Made by a program: the position numbers and the translations under genes
The notes under the pieces: model-generated
Told to the model about the DNA's origin: nothing
Seen by the model: the letters and a program-made list of their open reading frames with translations, nothing else
The model's database searches: none
From: an uncultured Alphaproteobacteria bacterium
Lineage (GTDB): Bacteria > Pseudomonadota > Alphaproteobacteria > HIMB59 > GCA-002718135
NCBI GenBank assembly: GCA_902595805.1
Contig: CACJRM010000001.1
Coordinates: forward strand, 99,806-163,805
DNA: 64,000 nt
Direction of reading: 5' to 3'
Shown here: positions 50,382-64,000 of the stretch, piece after piece
How positions within the stretch are numbered: the stretch's first letter is position 1
Layout of the letters: each line of letters begins with the position of its first letter

Positions 50382-50810
50382 TTGATTACCTCAAATAATT
50401 TAAACAAACGAAAGAAGCAAAGGTACACTCAAATGAGTGAAATTAATGTTACACCTTTTGTGGATGTTATGCTTGTTTTACTAATTGTTTTTATGGTTAC
50501 TGCACCTCTCCTAACGGTTGGAATTAAAGTTGATTTACCAAAGGTTAAAGCTACTGCATTAACTGATATTAAAGATCCAATTGAGATAACCGTTAAGTTA
50601 GACGGAGAAGTCTACATTGCAGAATCAAAGGTTGAAGTAGAAAATTTAATTCCTCGACTAAACGCTATTACTGAACAAAACACAGAAGCAAGAATTTATA
50701 TACGAGGTGATAGAGTAGTAGCTTATGGAAGGATTATGGAAATTATGTCCATAATAAATTCAGCAGGATATATTAAAGTTGCATTAATTACTCAAAATCT
50801 TGAGCAATAA
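50382..50810 (+). CDS. tolR: Tol-Pal system protein TolR
   Basis: ExbD/TolR motif SEINVTPFVDVMLVLLIVFMV. TTG start. Confidence 0.9.
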   Translation: MITSNNLNKRKKQRYTQMSEINVTPFVDVMLVLLIVFMVTAPLLTVGIKVDLPKVKATALTDIKDPIEITVKLDGEVYIAESKVEVENLIPRLNAITEQNTEARIYIRGDRVVAYGRIMEIMSIINSAGYIKVALITQNLEQ

Positions 50811-51881
50811 ATGGATCGTATAAGCTATAATAGTTTAAAAATAATAAACTTTTTTGAAAATTTAAATCCTAAAACATCAGGAGTTATTTTTTCAACATTA
50901 ATACATTTAATTATCCTTTTGTTTATGGTTGGCTTACCAAATTTTTTTTCTCCTAAAGAAATCTACGTTCCAAATGTAATACCTATTGAAATACTTAATG
51001 TTGATGAAAATACAAATTTGAAAAAATCTGATACTAAAAAACCAGAAAATAAAAATAAGGAAACAATTACTAAGCAAAAAAAATTTAATTCATCTGATCA
51101 ATTAGAAGTAAAAAAAAATGTTGAAATAAATAAAACTGAAATTGAAGAAAAAACTAATCCAAATCAACCAGTTTTGGAAATGAAACAAACTCCAAATTTA
51201 GAAGTTAAGGAAACAAAAAAAGTAATTATCAAAGAGAAGGAAATTTTAGAGGTTAAGAAAAAAATAGAAACAATTAAAACTGATATAATTAAACCAAAAC
51301 TTAAACCAAAGCCAAAAAATATAAATAATGAAAATGTTAAATCAGATTTAGACGTTGAAACAAACATAAAGGATAAACCAAAGTTGGAAAGTGATAAAGC
51401 CGTATCTAAACCAAAGCCGAAACCTGAAAAAGATTTTAGCATAGCCTCAATGCTTAAAGATTTAAGAAATGAAAAAACAAATATGGTTCAAAATGAGGTT
51501 AAAGAAGAGGTTGAAGAAGTTGATAATAAAAGTACAGATGATACTGATGACAATGTAATGCTATCAATATCTGAAATAGACATGTTGAGGCAACAATTAT
51601 CTTCTTGTTGGAATGCACCAGCAGGTGCAGTTATAGAAAGAGGAGATAAAGTAACAATTTCAGCAAAAGTACTACAAAATATGAAGGTTTCTCCAAATAG
51701 TATCCGCATTGTTGACACAAATATAACTAAAACTAATCCATTTTATGGACCAATTACAGATAGCGCAATGAGAACACTTTTAAATCCAGAATGTACACCG
51801 TTAAAACTTCCAAAAGATAAATATAATCTATGGAAAAATCTTACAATTACCTTTGATTATAGTATTATGAAGGGATATTGA
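50811..51881 (+). CDS. tolA: TolA-like protein
   Basis: N-terminal TM segment, a long K/E/P-rich linker and a C-terminal globular domain. Its position lies between tolR and tolB. Confidence 0.7.
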   Translation: MDRISYNSLKIINFFENLNPKTSGVIFSTLIHLIILLFMVGLPNFFSPKEIYVPNVIPIEILNVDENTNLKKSDTKKPENKNKETITKQKKFNSSDQLEVKKNVEINKTEIEEKTNPNQPVLEMKQTPNLEVKETKKVIIKEKEILEVKKKIETIKTDIIKPKLKPKPKNINNENVKSDLDVETNIKDKPKLESDKAVSKPKPKPEKDFSIASMLKDLRNEKTNMVQNEVKEEVEEVDNKSTDDTDDNVMLSISEIDMLRQQLSSCWNAPAGAVIERGDKVTISAKVLQNMKVSPNSIRIVDTNITKTNPFYGPITDSAMRTLLNPECTPLKLPKDKYNLWKNLTITFDYSIMKGY

Positions 51882-53197
51882 TGAAAAAAGCTTTCTTAAT
51901 AACCCTTTTTTTATTTTCAAGTTTTAAAGTCCATTCATTAGAAGTGACTCTAACACAGGGTAGTGTAAAGCCAACCCCAATAGCTATAACAGAGCTATAC
52001 TCAAAAAATTCACAATTAATTAAAGTAGGTAAGAATATAGCAACTGTTATTTCAGATAACTTAGAAAGATCTGGGCTTTTTTTACCGATAGATAAAAGAT
52101 CTTTTATTCAAGATAATGAATCTTTATCAAATAAACCTAGATTTGAAGATTGGAAATTAATAAAAGCTCAACATTTAGTTTCAGGAAAAATTTCAACAAA
52201 CAATGGAAAAATATCTGTCGAATTCAGATTGTTTGATGTCTTTCAACAAAAGCAAATTGTGGGAAAAAAATATGAGACAAATGAAAAAAATTGGAGAAGA
52301 GTTGCTCATATTATTTCAGATTCCATTTTTAAAAATATAACTGGCGAAGGTGGTTACTTTGATACAAGAATAGTTTACGTTGCTGAGACTGGTCCAAAAG
52401 AAAATAAACAAAAAAGATTAGCAATAATGGATCAAGATCAATCAAATCATCGTTTTTTAACTGATGGATCATACTTGGTATTAACACCAAGATTTTCTCC
52501 TAATTCACAAAAAATTACCTACATGTCTTATGTTAATAGAAATAATCCTAGAGTGTATATATTTGATATAGAAACTGGTAAACAAGAAATAGTAGGTGAA
52601 TTTCCAGGAATGACATTTGCGCCACGTTTTTCACCTGATGGTAATCAAATCGTAATGTCTTACACTGATCCAGAAATTGGTAATTCTGAAATTTATATTC
52701 TTGATCTAAAAACAAGAATTTCAAAAAGAGTTACTAATAATTCTTCAATTGATGTTTCTGCAAGTTTTTCACCAGATGGCAAAAAAATTGTTTTTAATTC
52801 AGATAGAAGTGGAAGAAGACATTTATATGTATGTGATAATAATGGAAAAAATATCAAGAGAATTAGCAGGGAAGCAGGAAGTTACTACACACCTGTCTGG
52901 TCTCCAAGAGGTGATATGATTGCATTCACTAAACAAGAGGGAGGCCAATTTTATATAGGTGTGATGGAGGTTGATGGTTCTAATGAAAGAATGATTGCAA
53001 AATCATTCCATGTTGAGGGCCCTACATGGGCTCCGAATGGCAGATTTTTAATGTATTTTAAAGAAGAAAGAACAGCTGAAGATGGTTCAGGAGGTGAATC
53101 TAGTCTATATTCTATTGATTTAACTGGATTTAATGAAAGAAAAGTAATAACTCCCTTAGGGGGATCGGACCCAGCTTGGTCTCCTTTGATGCATTAA
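51878..53197 (+). CDS. tolB: Tol-Pal system beta-propeller protein TolB
   Basis: Repeated PRFSPDG/ASFSPDGKK/PVWSPRG propeller blades. Confidence 0.95.
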   Translation: MMKKAFLITLFLFSSFKVHSLEVTLTQGSVKPTPIAITELYSKNSQLIKVGKNIATVISDNLERSGLFLPIDKRSFIQDNESLSNKPRFEDWKLIKAQHLVSGKISTNNGKISVEFRLFDVFQQKQIVGKKYETNEKNWRRVAHIISDSIFKNITGEGGYFDTRIVYVAETGPKENKQKRLAIMDQDQSNHRFLTDGSYLVLTPRFSPNSQKITYMSYVNRNNPRVYIFDIETGKQEIVGEFPGMTFAPRFSPDGNQIVMSYTDPEIGNSEIYILDLKTRISKRVTNNSSIDVSASFSPDGKKIVFNSDRSGRRHLYVCDNNGKNIKRISREAGSYYTPVWSPRGDMIAFTKQEGGQFYIGVMEVDGSNERMIAKSFHVEGPTWAPNGRFLMYFKEERTAEDGSGGESSLYSIDLTGFNERKVITPLGGSDPAWSPLMH

Positions 53198-53297
53198 TTT
53201 AATATAATACAAAAAAATATACGAAATTTTGAAAAAAATGTTAAGGAATTCAATATAATTTAGTATATCTACTCAAAGTATTAAGGGAGCATTATTT

Positions 53298-53819
53298 ATG
53301 TTTTACAAGTTTTTTATCTCTATATTTATGGTTTTATTTGTTGCCGCTTGTGCAACAACACCAAAAGATTCAGCTGACTCTTCTGGATCAGGGTCCAGTA
53401 GTTCTGGAAGTGATGTTTCTTCAGAAGGTACTATTACCGAAACTGCAGGAAGCGGAATAGTTTCTGGATCACAAGAAGATTTAATTGTTAATGTTGGTGA
53501 TAGAGTATTTTTTGGATATGATAGTTCAGATTTAGACTCAGACGCTTTAGAGTTACTACAAGATCAAGTTGCATGGCTAAAACAGAACAGCGATGTCACA
53601 GTAACAATCGAAGGGCATTGTGACGAAAGAGGTACTAGAGAGTACAACTTAGCTCTTGGTGAAAAAAGAGCTCAGGCTGTTAAAAATTATCTAATAGGAT
53701 TAGGAATAAATCCTGACAGGGTTTCAACTATTAGTTATGGTAAAGAAAGACCTGCTGTTGTAGGATCAAATGATGGAGCATGGGCTCAAAACAGACGATC
53801 AGTAACTTTAGTTAATTAA
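53298..53819 (+). CDS. pal: peptidoglycan-associated lipoprotein Pal
   Basis: Lipobox VAAC, an S/G-rich linker and an OmpA-like domain (GHCDERGTREYNLALGEKRA..NRR). Confidence 0.9.
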   Translation: MFYKFFISIFMVLFVAACATTPKDSADSSGSGSSSSGSDVSSEGTITETAGSGIVSGSQEDLIVNVGDRVFFGYDSSDLDSDALELLQDQVAWLKQNSDVTVTIEGHCDERGTREYNLALGEKRAQAVKNYLIGLGINPDRVSTISYGKERPAVVGSNDGAWAQNRRSVTLVN

Positions 53820-53839
53820 TTATTTTTCCTTAATACTTT

Positions 53840-53869
53840 GGCGCTATAGAAATATAGCGCCATATTTTT
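53840..53869 (+). terminator. intrinsic terminator after pal
   Basis: GGCGCTATA-GAAA-TATAGCGCC (53840-53861) followed by ATATTTTTA. Confidence 0.7.
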
Positions 53870-53896
53870 ATCTCATTTAGAAATTAAAAACCGTTA

Positions 53897-54814
53897 ATGT
53901 TTAAATACATACTTACAGTTTTAATTTTATTTTTCTCAAGTTATGCTTTTTCTAATGAAAATGATCTAACAATCTCCCAACAATTAGAAAGATTACAAAG
54001 AGAAGTCTCAGATCTTTCCAAAGAAGTTTTTTCAAATTCACCGAATCAATCAAATGGAACAAATAATGATTTCGTTAAAAATCTTTCTGCTATCGATTTG
54101 CGAATATATGATATTGAAAACGATATAAAAAATTTAACTTCTAATTTAGAAGAATTATATTTTCAATTAGACGATATCTTTAATAAATTAGAAAATTTAG
54201 AATTAGTTATTAATAATTTCCAATCAGTTCCTTTAAATAATGTTGAAGTAGATACCGATGAAGCTTCACAAGATACTTCTGAAGTTAAAAGTAAAACTTT
54301 AAGTGACACTGAAACTGAAAATACACTTGGAACATTAAATATTTCAAAAAACACAAGTGATACAAATGAAGAAGTTATATCTGAAGATCAGGAAGTAAAT
54401 TCTAATGAAAAGGAAGAGGTCTTATCACCTGAAGATCAATTCCAAAAAGCATTTGATAATATTAGAGATAAAAAATGGCAGGATGCCAAAACTTCATTCG
54501 AACAGTTTATTTCAGACAATCCTGATAATCAACTATCAGGTTCAGCACATTATTGGCTTGGAGAATTATATATTCTAGAAAAAAATTATAGAGAAGCAGC
54601 ACTTATATTTGCAGAAGGTTTTCAAAAATTTCCAGATAGTATTAAAGCTGCAGAAATGCTTTTCAAACTTTCTCAGTCATTATACCAAGTTGAAAAAACT
54701 ACTGAAGCTTGTAAAACTATGGAAAAATTAATTATTGATTTTCCAAAAAATAAAATAATTCCTCAAACAAAAAAACAAATTGTTGAGTATAATTGTTTAG
54801 AAAATAATGAATGA
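53897..54814 (+). CDS. cpoB: CpoB/YbgF (Tol-Pal associated TPR protein)
   Basis: Signal peptide, coiled coil and C-terminal TPR repeats (AHYWLGELY..). It lies downstream of pal. Confidence 0.75.
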   Translation: MFKYILTVLILFFSSYAFSNENDLTISQQLERLQREVSDLSKEVFSNSPNQSNGTNNDFVKNLSAIDLRIYDIENDIKNLTSNLEELYFQLDDIFNKLENLELVINNFQSVPLNNVEVDTDEASQDTSEVKSKTLSDTETENTLGTLNISKNTSDTNEEVISEDQEVNSNEKEEVLSPEDQFQKAFDNIRDKKWQDAKTSFEQFISDNPDNQLSGSAHYWLGELYILEKNYREAALIFAEGFQKFPDSIKAAEMLFKLSQSLYQVEKTTEACKTMEKLIIDFPKNKIIPQTKKQIVEYNCLENNE

Positions 54815-55782
54815 AGCTTACAAATAAAGAATTCATTAAAAACATAGAAAAAAAATATACTTTTGAAAAAAAACCTTCTGTCGCTGTGGCAGTTTCAGGC
54901 GGTCCAGATAGTATGTCATTATTATTCCTTGTAAATGCCTTTATAAAATTCAAAAAAGGGAAATTGATGGCTTTAATTGTAGATCATCGTATTAGAAAAA
55001 ATTCTAAAGAGGAAGCTAAGTTTATTTCTAACTACTTGGATAAAAACAACATTAACTCTCAAATTCTAACTGTCAACAATGATAAAGTGACTAAGAAAAG
55101 CATGAATGAGGCTAGAAATAATCGTTATAATTTACTTACAGATTTTTGTATTAAAAATAAAATTTTGCATTTATTTATTGCTCATCATAAAGATGATAAT
55201 TTAGAAACTTTTTTGAATAGAAGGATCGCTGGTAGTGATTTTTATGGTTTAAAATCAATGTCTGAACTATCATTTTACAACAGAGTCAATGTAGTAAGGC
55301 CACTTTTAAATTTCTCCAAAGAAATGTTATTAGACTACAATAAGAAAAATAAAATAGAATATATTAATGATCCATCAAATTTTAATTTAGATTATACTCG
55401 ACCTACAATAAGAAATTTTCTTAAGAAATCTAACCAAAAAACAATTAAAGAAATAAATAAAGATTTTGAGAATATACTTTTTTATTCACCATATTTTATT
55501 CAAATGATACTTGAGATACTTCTTAAAAATATCGTTTATGTTGACAGCAAACAAATTGTTGTTAGCCTTCATAATATAAAAAATTTAAATGAAATTACTT
55601 CTGAAAATATTATACGAAGAATATATCAGTTTTTATTTTTTCAATCTTATGCTCCTCGATCGAAAAAAACTAGGATTCTAATAAGTGAAATGAAGAAATT
55701 AAATTTTAATATTTTTAATGTCAAAGGTATGATTGTAAAAAAAAATGATGATTTTCTTACATTTTCAAGAAAATCTCTTTAA
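54811..55782 (+). CDS. tilS: tRNA(Ile)-lysidine synthase
   Basis: PP-loop VAVSGGPDS. Confidence 0.85.
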   Translation: MKLTNKEFIKNIEKKYTFEKKPSVAVAVSGGPDSMSLLFLVNAFIKFKKGKLMALIVDHRIRKNSKEEAKFISNYLDKNNINSQILTVNNDKVTKKSMNEARNNRYNLLTDFCIKNKILHLFIAHHKDDNLETFLNRRIAGSDFYGLKSMSELSFYNRVNVVRPLLNFSKEMLLDYNKKNKIEYINDPSNFNLDYTRPTIRNFLKKSNQKTIKEINKDFENILFYSPYFIQMILEILLKNIVYVDSKQIVVSLHNIKNLNEITSENIIRRIYQFLFFQSYAPRSKKTRILISEMKKLNFNIFNVKGMIVKKNDDFLTFSRKSL

Positions 55783-55833
55783 TTTTCTACAAAACTATTG
55801 TGTTTTTATAATAAATTCCTATGTATTAATTAG

Positions 55834-57735
55834 ATGAAAAACATAAGTAAAAATGTTGTACTGTGGATTATAATTGGACTGTTATTAATTGTTCTTTTCA
55901 ATCTTTTTCAAGGAACTTCTAACAATAGAAATAGCTCAAAAATATCCTTTTCTGACTTCATTGCGGCAACAGAAAGTGGAAATGTTTCTGAAGTTAATAT
56001 TAATGGTAGCAACGTTACAGGATTTCTAAACGACGGACGATCATTTAGCACATATGTCCCTAATTATCCCAATTTGGTTGATAAACTTAATGAAAGTGGT
56101 GTTAAGATTACTGCTGAGCCCTCTGAAAGATCAATGCATCCACTTTTAAGTGTCTTACTATCGTGGTTTCCAATGCTTCTATTAATTGGAGTATGGATCT
56201 TCTTTATGCGCCAAATGCAAGGTGGTGGTGGAAAAGCAATGGGCTTTGGTAAATCTAAAGCCAAATTATTAAATGAAGCTGTAGGTAAGGTTACTTTTGA
56301 TGATGTAGCAGGTATCGACGAAGCTAAACAAGAATTAGAAGAAGTCGTTGAATTTTTAAAAGACCCTTCTAAGTTCTCCAGATTAGGTGGTAAAATTCCA
56401 AGAGGCGCACTTTTAGTAGGTCCCCCAGGTACTGGAAAAACATTACTTGCAAGAGCTATTGCAGGCGAAGCAAACGTTCCTTTCTTTTCTATTTCAGGAT
56501 CAGATTTTGTTGAAATGTTTGTAGGTGTTGGAGCTAGTAGAGTTAGAGATATGTTTGATCAAGGCAAAAAAAACGCACCTTGTATAGTTTTTATTGATGA
56601 AATTGACGCTGTCGGAAGACACCGTGGCGCTGGTCTTGGTGGGGGGAATGATGAAAGAGAGCAGACTCTTAATCAACTCCTTGTTGAAATGGATGGGTTT
56701 GAAGCAAATGCAGGTGTAATTATTATTGCTGCAACCAATAGACCTGATGTTCTTGATCCAGCTTTGCTTAGACCAGGAAGATTTGATAGACAAATAACAG
56801 TTAATAATCCTGATGTTATGGGAAGAGATAAAATACTTAAAGTTCATATTAAAAAAATTAAAGTTTCACCAAAATTTGATTCAAAAATTATTGCAAGGGG
56901 AACTCCCGGTTTCTCTGGAGCTGATTTGGCAAATTTAGTTAATGAAGCAGCATTATTAGCAGCTAGAAAAAATAAAAGAATGGTAACACTTGAGGATTTT
57001 GAAAGTGCTAAAGATAAAGTGATGATGGGTGCTGAAAAAAGATCTATGGTTATGTCAGAAGATGAAAAGAAACTTACAGCTTATCATGAGGCTGGTCATG
57101 CTGTAGCAACTCTTCACTCTCCAGCTTCTGATCCGATACATAAAGCAACTATAATTCCAAGAGGTAGGGCATTAGGTATGGTTATGAGACTTCCTGAAAA
57201 AGATCAACTGTCTATGAGAAAAGATCAAATGAAAGCCCATTTATTAATAGCTACTGGGGGAAGAATTGCAGAAGAAATGATTTTTGGTAAAGATAAAATT
57301 ACAAATGGCGCAGCAAGCGATATTCAAATGGTGACAAATCTATCAAAAAAAATGATTACTGAATGGGGTATGAGTGAAAAATTAGGCCGTCTAAGATATA
57401 ACAATGACAGCGAGGAAGTTTTCCTGGGACATTCAGTTGCTCAATCTAAAAATTTATCCGACTCTACAGCAAAATTAATTGATGAAGAAGTTAGATCTCT
57501 TGCTGAAGAAGCTGAAAATAATTGTCGAAAAATACTTCAAGACAATATTGAAGAACTGCATATTGTTGCTAAAGGACTTTTAGAGTATGAAACATTATCG
57601 GGTGATGAAATTAAAGATTTAATCAAAGGTATTAAGCCAACTCGTGATGATTTTGACAATGATATAAATACACCAAAAAAACCAGCTACATCAGTTCCAA
57701 AAACAGGTGGATCTGCCCCTGCTCCTGCAAACTAA
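55834..57735 (+). CDS. ftsH: ATP-dependent zinc metalloprotease FtsH
   Basis: GPPGTGKT, the SRH region and zinc motif HEAGH. Confidence 0.98.
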   Translation: MKNISKNVVLWIIIGLLLIVLFNLFQGTSNNRNSSKISFSDFIAATESGNVSEVNINGSNVTGFLNDGRSFSTYVPNYPNLVDKLNESGVKITAEPSERSMHPLLSVLLSWFPMLLLIGVWIFFMRQMQGGGGKAMGFGKSKAKLLNEAVGKVTFDDVAGIDEAKQELEEVVEFLKDPSKFSRLGGKIPRGALLVGPPGTGKTLLARAIAGEANVPFFSISGSDFVEMFVGVGASRVRDMFDQGKKNAPCIVFIDEIDAVGRHRGAGLGGGNDEREQTLNQLLVEMDGFEANAGVIIIAATNRPDVLDPALLRPGRFDRQITVNNPDVMGRDKILKVHIKKIKVSPKFDSKIIARGTPGFSGADLANLVNEAALLAARKNKRMVTLEDFESAKDKVMMGAEKRSMVMSEDEKKLTAYHEAGHAVATLHSPASDPIHKATIIPRGRALGMVMRLPEKDQLSMRKDQMKAHLLIATGGRIAEEMIFGKDKITNGAASDIQMVTNLSKKMITEWGMSEKLGRLRYNNDSEEVFLGHSVAQSKNLSDSTAKLIDEEVRSLAEEAENNCRKILQDNIEELHIVAKGLLEYETLSGDEIKDLIKGIKPTRDDFDNDINTPKKPATSVPKTGGSAPAPAN

Positions 57736-57779
57736 TTTAATTACTTCACTTTATTTATTTTTTTGAATAAAAGACATAA

Positions 57780-59127
57780 ATGTCTAAAATATTTGGTACC
57801 GATGGTATACGGTGCTTAGTTAATGAGGAACCTCTTTCTGCTGAAACTTGTCTTAAAATTTCTAAAACAGTTGCATTTCTTCTAAAAAAGAAAAATTCTA
57901 AAAATAGCAGGGTTGTGATTTGCAAAGATACTAGATTATCTGGATATTTATATGAGCCACTTGTGACAGCTGGATTTATTTCTATGGGCATGGATGTAAT
58001 TTTAGTCGGCCCCCTTCCAACACCAGCCGTCCCATTAATGATTAAAACTTTAAGAGCAGATATTGGCGTAATGATTACAGCTTCTCATAACACATATGAA
58101 TATAATGGACTTAAATTTTTTGATAACACCGGAACAAAGCTAAGTTCATTGATAGAGCAAAAGGTTGAAAAAATAGTATTAGATAATAAAAAATATTCTA
58201 GAATCTCAAACAACACATTTATTTCTGGAAATGCAAGAAGACTGGAAGATGCCTCAGGTAGATACTCAGAATTCTTAAAAAGTACTTTGAATAAAACATC
58301 TTCCAAGAAAAAACTAAAAATTGTTTTAGATTGTGCGAATGGAGCCACATATAATATTGCTCCAAATCTATTCTGGGAGCTAGGTCATAATATAATTGCC
58401 ATAAATAATAATCCAGATGGCTTAAACATTAATAAAAATTGTGGTGCAGTCGATGTGAAATCACTCTCACAAAATGTCATAAAAGAAAAGGCTGATGTTG
58501 GATTTGCATTTGATGGTGATGGAGATAGGTTAATAGTTGTAGATGAAGAAGGTAAAGAAGTTGATGGTGATAAAATTATAGGATTGTTATGTAAAAGTTA
58601 TGTAAAACCTCAGAAAAAATCCAACCAACATGATGTTATTATAACGGTCATGTCTAATATGGGATTAGAAAATTATCTCACAAATAAATTAAAATTAAAG
58701 ATTAAGCGAACATCTGTTGGAGATATAAACGTTATAAATCAAATGAAAAAATCTAATTCTATGATAGGTGGGGAACAATCAGGACATATAATATTGTCAG
58801 AATATTCTGAAACTGGTGATGGAATTTTGGCTGCTCTAAAAATCACTGAAATTTTGATATCAAATAAAAATAAGGCGAGCAAACTTTTTGATTTGTACAA
58901 TGACTTTGCCCAAGAAAAAATTAACTTAAGTTATAAAACAAAAAATACCAAACTTTTAAAAATTCTTGATAAGTTAAAAAATGATAAACTATATAATAAT
59001 AAAAAAATCAGATCTCTTGTAAGGTTATCTGGAACTGAACCATTAGTTAGAATACTAGTCGAAGGACAAGAAGTTACTGAGGTTAAAAAGAAATCTCTTG
59101 AAATAAAAAAATTAGTAAGGCCTTATC

Positions 59128-59135
<8 letters not shown>
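57780..59135 (+). CDS. glmM: phosphoglucosamine mutase
   Basis: Begins FGTDGIRC, with the active-site TASHN and FDGDGDR. Confidence 0.95.
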
Positions 59136-62363
<3,228 letters not shown>

Positions 62364-62393
62364 AATACGCCTATATCATAAATAAAATATAAT

Positions 62394-63365
62394 TTAATAT
62401 TTAAGCAATAATTCAATTAAATTCTTAAAATCTTCAGGAATTTCAATATCAAAATCCATCCTTTTTTTTGATGTAGGATGATCAAAACCAAGATGATAAG
62501 CATGCAATGCTTGTCTTTCAAAATTTTTTAAAATCATGAATTTATTAAATGTATTTTTATCTTTTCCAAATTGATTAATTTTACTTTTTCCATAAATCTT
62601 ATCACCAATTATTGGAGAATTTTTAGAAGTTAAATGAAGTCTAATTTGATGCGTTCTTCCAGTATGTAAATGACAGTCAACTAAACTAGCAATACCAAAA
62701 GTTTTTTCTAATTTAATATCGGTTTTAGAATATTTTCCAAAACCCTTATTGTTTAAACTCATTTTTTTTCTATTTTTTCTATTTCTCTCTATGTACCCTT
62801 CAATTGATTGATTATCAGGAGTTCCCCAAACTATTGCTTTATATCTACGAGATATTGTATGTTCTTTGAATTGTTCGGCTAAATTAATATGAACATTATT
62901 ATTCTTCGCAACAACAAGAATTCCACTCGTATCCTTATCTAAACGATGGACTATTCCTGGTCTAGAATTATTATCTAAATTACTTAGTTGATTATTAGTG
63001 TAATGCATAAGAGCATTCACAAGAGTGCCGCTTTCATTTCCAGGAGCTGGATGCATTACTAAATTTGGAGGTTTATTTATAACAATTAAATCTTCATCTT
63101 CAAAAATAATGTTTAAGTCTATATTTTCAGCTAAATGTTTTGTTTCTTGCTTTAAGATAATCTTAATAAAGTAATTTTCATTTTCTTTAGTTATGTAAGA
63201 TGGATCTTTTATTTCCTTTTCATCAAGACATACATTGCCATTTAATATTAAAGTTTTAATTTGTGTTCTTGAATATCCTTCCAATTTTGAAACGAGCACT
63301 TTATCTAATCTTTGTGAACTTAATTGTTTATTTATAGTTAATTTAAGATTATAAAATTCTTTCAT
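62394..63365 (-). CDS. rluD: 23S rRNA pseudouridine synthase RluD family
   Basis: S4 domain N-terminus and the catalytic HRLDKDTSG. Confidence 0.9.
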   Translation of the reverse strand: MKEFYNLKLTINKQLSSQRLDKVLVSKLEGYSRTQIKTLILNGNVCLDEKEIKDPSYITKENENYFIKIILKQETKHLAENIDLNIIFEDEDLIVINKPPNLVMHPAPGNESGTLVNALMHYTNNQLSNLDNNSRPGIVHRLDKDTSGILVVAKNNNVHINLAEQFKEHTISRRYKAIVWGTPDNQSIEGYIERNRKNRKKMSLNNKGFGKYSKTDIKLEKTFGIASLVDCHLHTGRTHQIRLHLTSKNSPIIGDKIYGKSKINQFGKDKNTFNKFMILKNFERQALHAYHLGFDHPTSKKRMDFDIEIPEDFKNLIELLLKY

Positions 63366-63657
63366 GTCTCAAAAAATTCTTAAATTTATTGTAATATTTT
63401 TAGGTCTATTAATTGTTATTTGTTTTTTAGCTCTAGTTTATGGTTTGTATATAAAAACAACAAAAAAACAAAGTAATTTAGAAACAAATTTAATTGAATA
63501 TAATTTAAATTTAGAAAAAGAGCACAAAATTACAGATATAGATATGATTGATAATAATCGGATTTTGTTTACAATAAAAAGTAATGATAAAGTTTATGCT
63601 TTAATATATGATACACAAACATCAAATATTACAAAAATAGATACATCTAATGAATAA
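63364..63657 (+). CDS. small membrane-anchored hypothetical protein
   Basis: One N-terminal TM segment. Compact ORF overlapping both neighbours by a few nt. Confidence 0.45.
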   Translation: MSQKILKFIVIFLGLLIVICFLALVYGLYIKTTKKQSNLETNLIEYNLNLEKEHKITDIDMIDNNRILFTIKSNDKVYALIYDTQTSNITKIDTSNE

Positions 63658-63868
63658 AGATAATAATTTTGAAAATAATTTAAAAAAACTTGAGTCTATT
63701 GTTGAGAAATTAGAAAATGGTGAAGTTGATTTAGAAGAATCTGTAAAACTTTACGAAGAAGGAATGAATTTAAAAAAAGCATGTGAGGAAAAATTAAAAA
63801 GTATTGAAAGCCAAATTAAAAAAATTAAGCAAGAAAACAATAAAGTTACAAAAGAAGATTTTAAGTAA
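63650..63868 (+). CDS. xseB: exodeoxyribonuclease VII small subunit
   Basis: FENNLKKLESIVEKLENGEVDLEESVKLYEEG is the XseB signature. Confidence 0.85.
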   Translation: MNKDNNFENNLKKLESIVEKLENGEVDLEESVKLYEEGMNLKKACEEKLKSIESQIKKIKQENNKVTKEDFK

Positions 63869-63877
63869 TTTTCAAAT

Positions 63878-64000
63878 TTGAGTAAAAATCTAAAAATAAG
63901 ACTTGATCAGCTTTTAATGGATAGAAACTTAGCTGATAGTAAATCAAAGGCCCAATCTATGATTATGGCCGGTCAAGTTTATGTAAACGATAAAATTATT
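63878..64000 (+). CDS. tlyA: TlyA-family rRNA 2'-O-methyltransferase, N-terminal S4 domain only (runs off the window)
   Basis: TTG start at 63878. IRLDQLLMDRNLADSKSKAQSMIMAGQVYVN matches the TlyA N-terminus. Confidence 0.7.
   Translation, partial: MSKNLKIRLDQLLMDRNLADSKSKAQSMIMAGQVYVNDKII

Noticed and set aside
51060-51450. Low-complexity K/E/P-rich repeats (KPKLKPKPK..) and the antisense ORF 51164..51442
   Set aside because: This is the expected extended linker (domain II) of TolA. It is not a separate repeat element or gene.
56064-57991. Minus-strand ORFs 56064..56264, 56500..56847 and 57755..57991
   Set aside because: They lie antisense within ftsH or across the glmM start, and both plus-strand genes are full length and certain.

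Overview
The window is AT-rich and very gene-dense: most spacers are under 100 bp and many genes overlap by 1-8 nt. Gene content and order are alphaproteobacterial. By composition and gene set it looks like a SAR11/Pelagibacter-type streamlined marine genome, which is an inference and not a database result. I support about 75 protein genes, 2 tRNAs, one CIRCE operator and a few hairpin terminators.

The left 1.9 kb differs from the rest.
- The window opens inside an SF3 (D5/P4-alpha-type) primase-helicase gene whose P-loop is cut by the edge.
- A small ORF follows, then about 670 bp with no convincing gene, next to tRNA-Gln(UUG).
- That spacer holds GC-rich, mutually exclusive hairpins, 8 GANTC sites within 180 bp and three tandem 11-bp TTTCGAATCA-type units.
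- I read this as the edge of an integrated phage, satellite or plasmid-like element. Its replication or regulatory region is the best candidate for something undescribed.

The remainder is core chromosome, in this order:
- SH3 protein, tRNA-Arg(ACG), a GT61 glycosyltransferase and sppA
- CIRCE-groES-groEL, a glutathione peroxidase, an MscS-family channel, an AI-2E transporter and recX
- argD-argF, trkH and apaG
- a large methyl-group/C1 oxidation neighbourhood: a DmdA/GcvT-like demethylase, DMGDH, etfBA, ETF-QO, fhs-soxBDAG and metF
- trhO and rpmG
- a photolyase, FAD-oxidoreductase, DUF1365, cfa, DUF2878 operon
- DUF1013, DUF1192 and rpmE
- suhB-efp-orphan-gap-tkt
- zapA-ygfA-ymdB and yebC
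- tolQRAB-pal-cpoB-tilS-ftsH
- glmM-hisZ-purA, rpoH, rluD, xseB and the start of tlyA

The most notable host-side observation is a 97-aa PD-(D/E)XK (Hjc/YraN-like) nuclease. It sits alone between yebC and tolQ, where alphaproteobacteria usually carry ruvC-ruvA-ruvB-ybgC.
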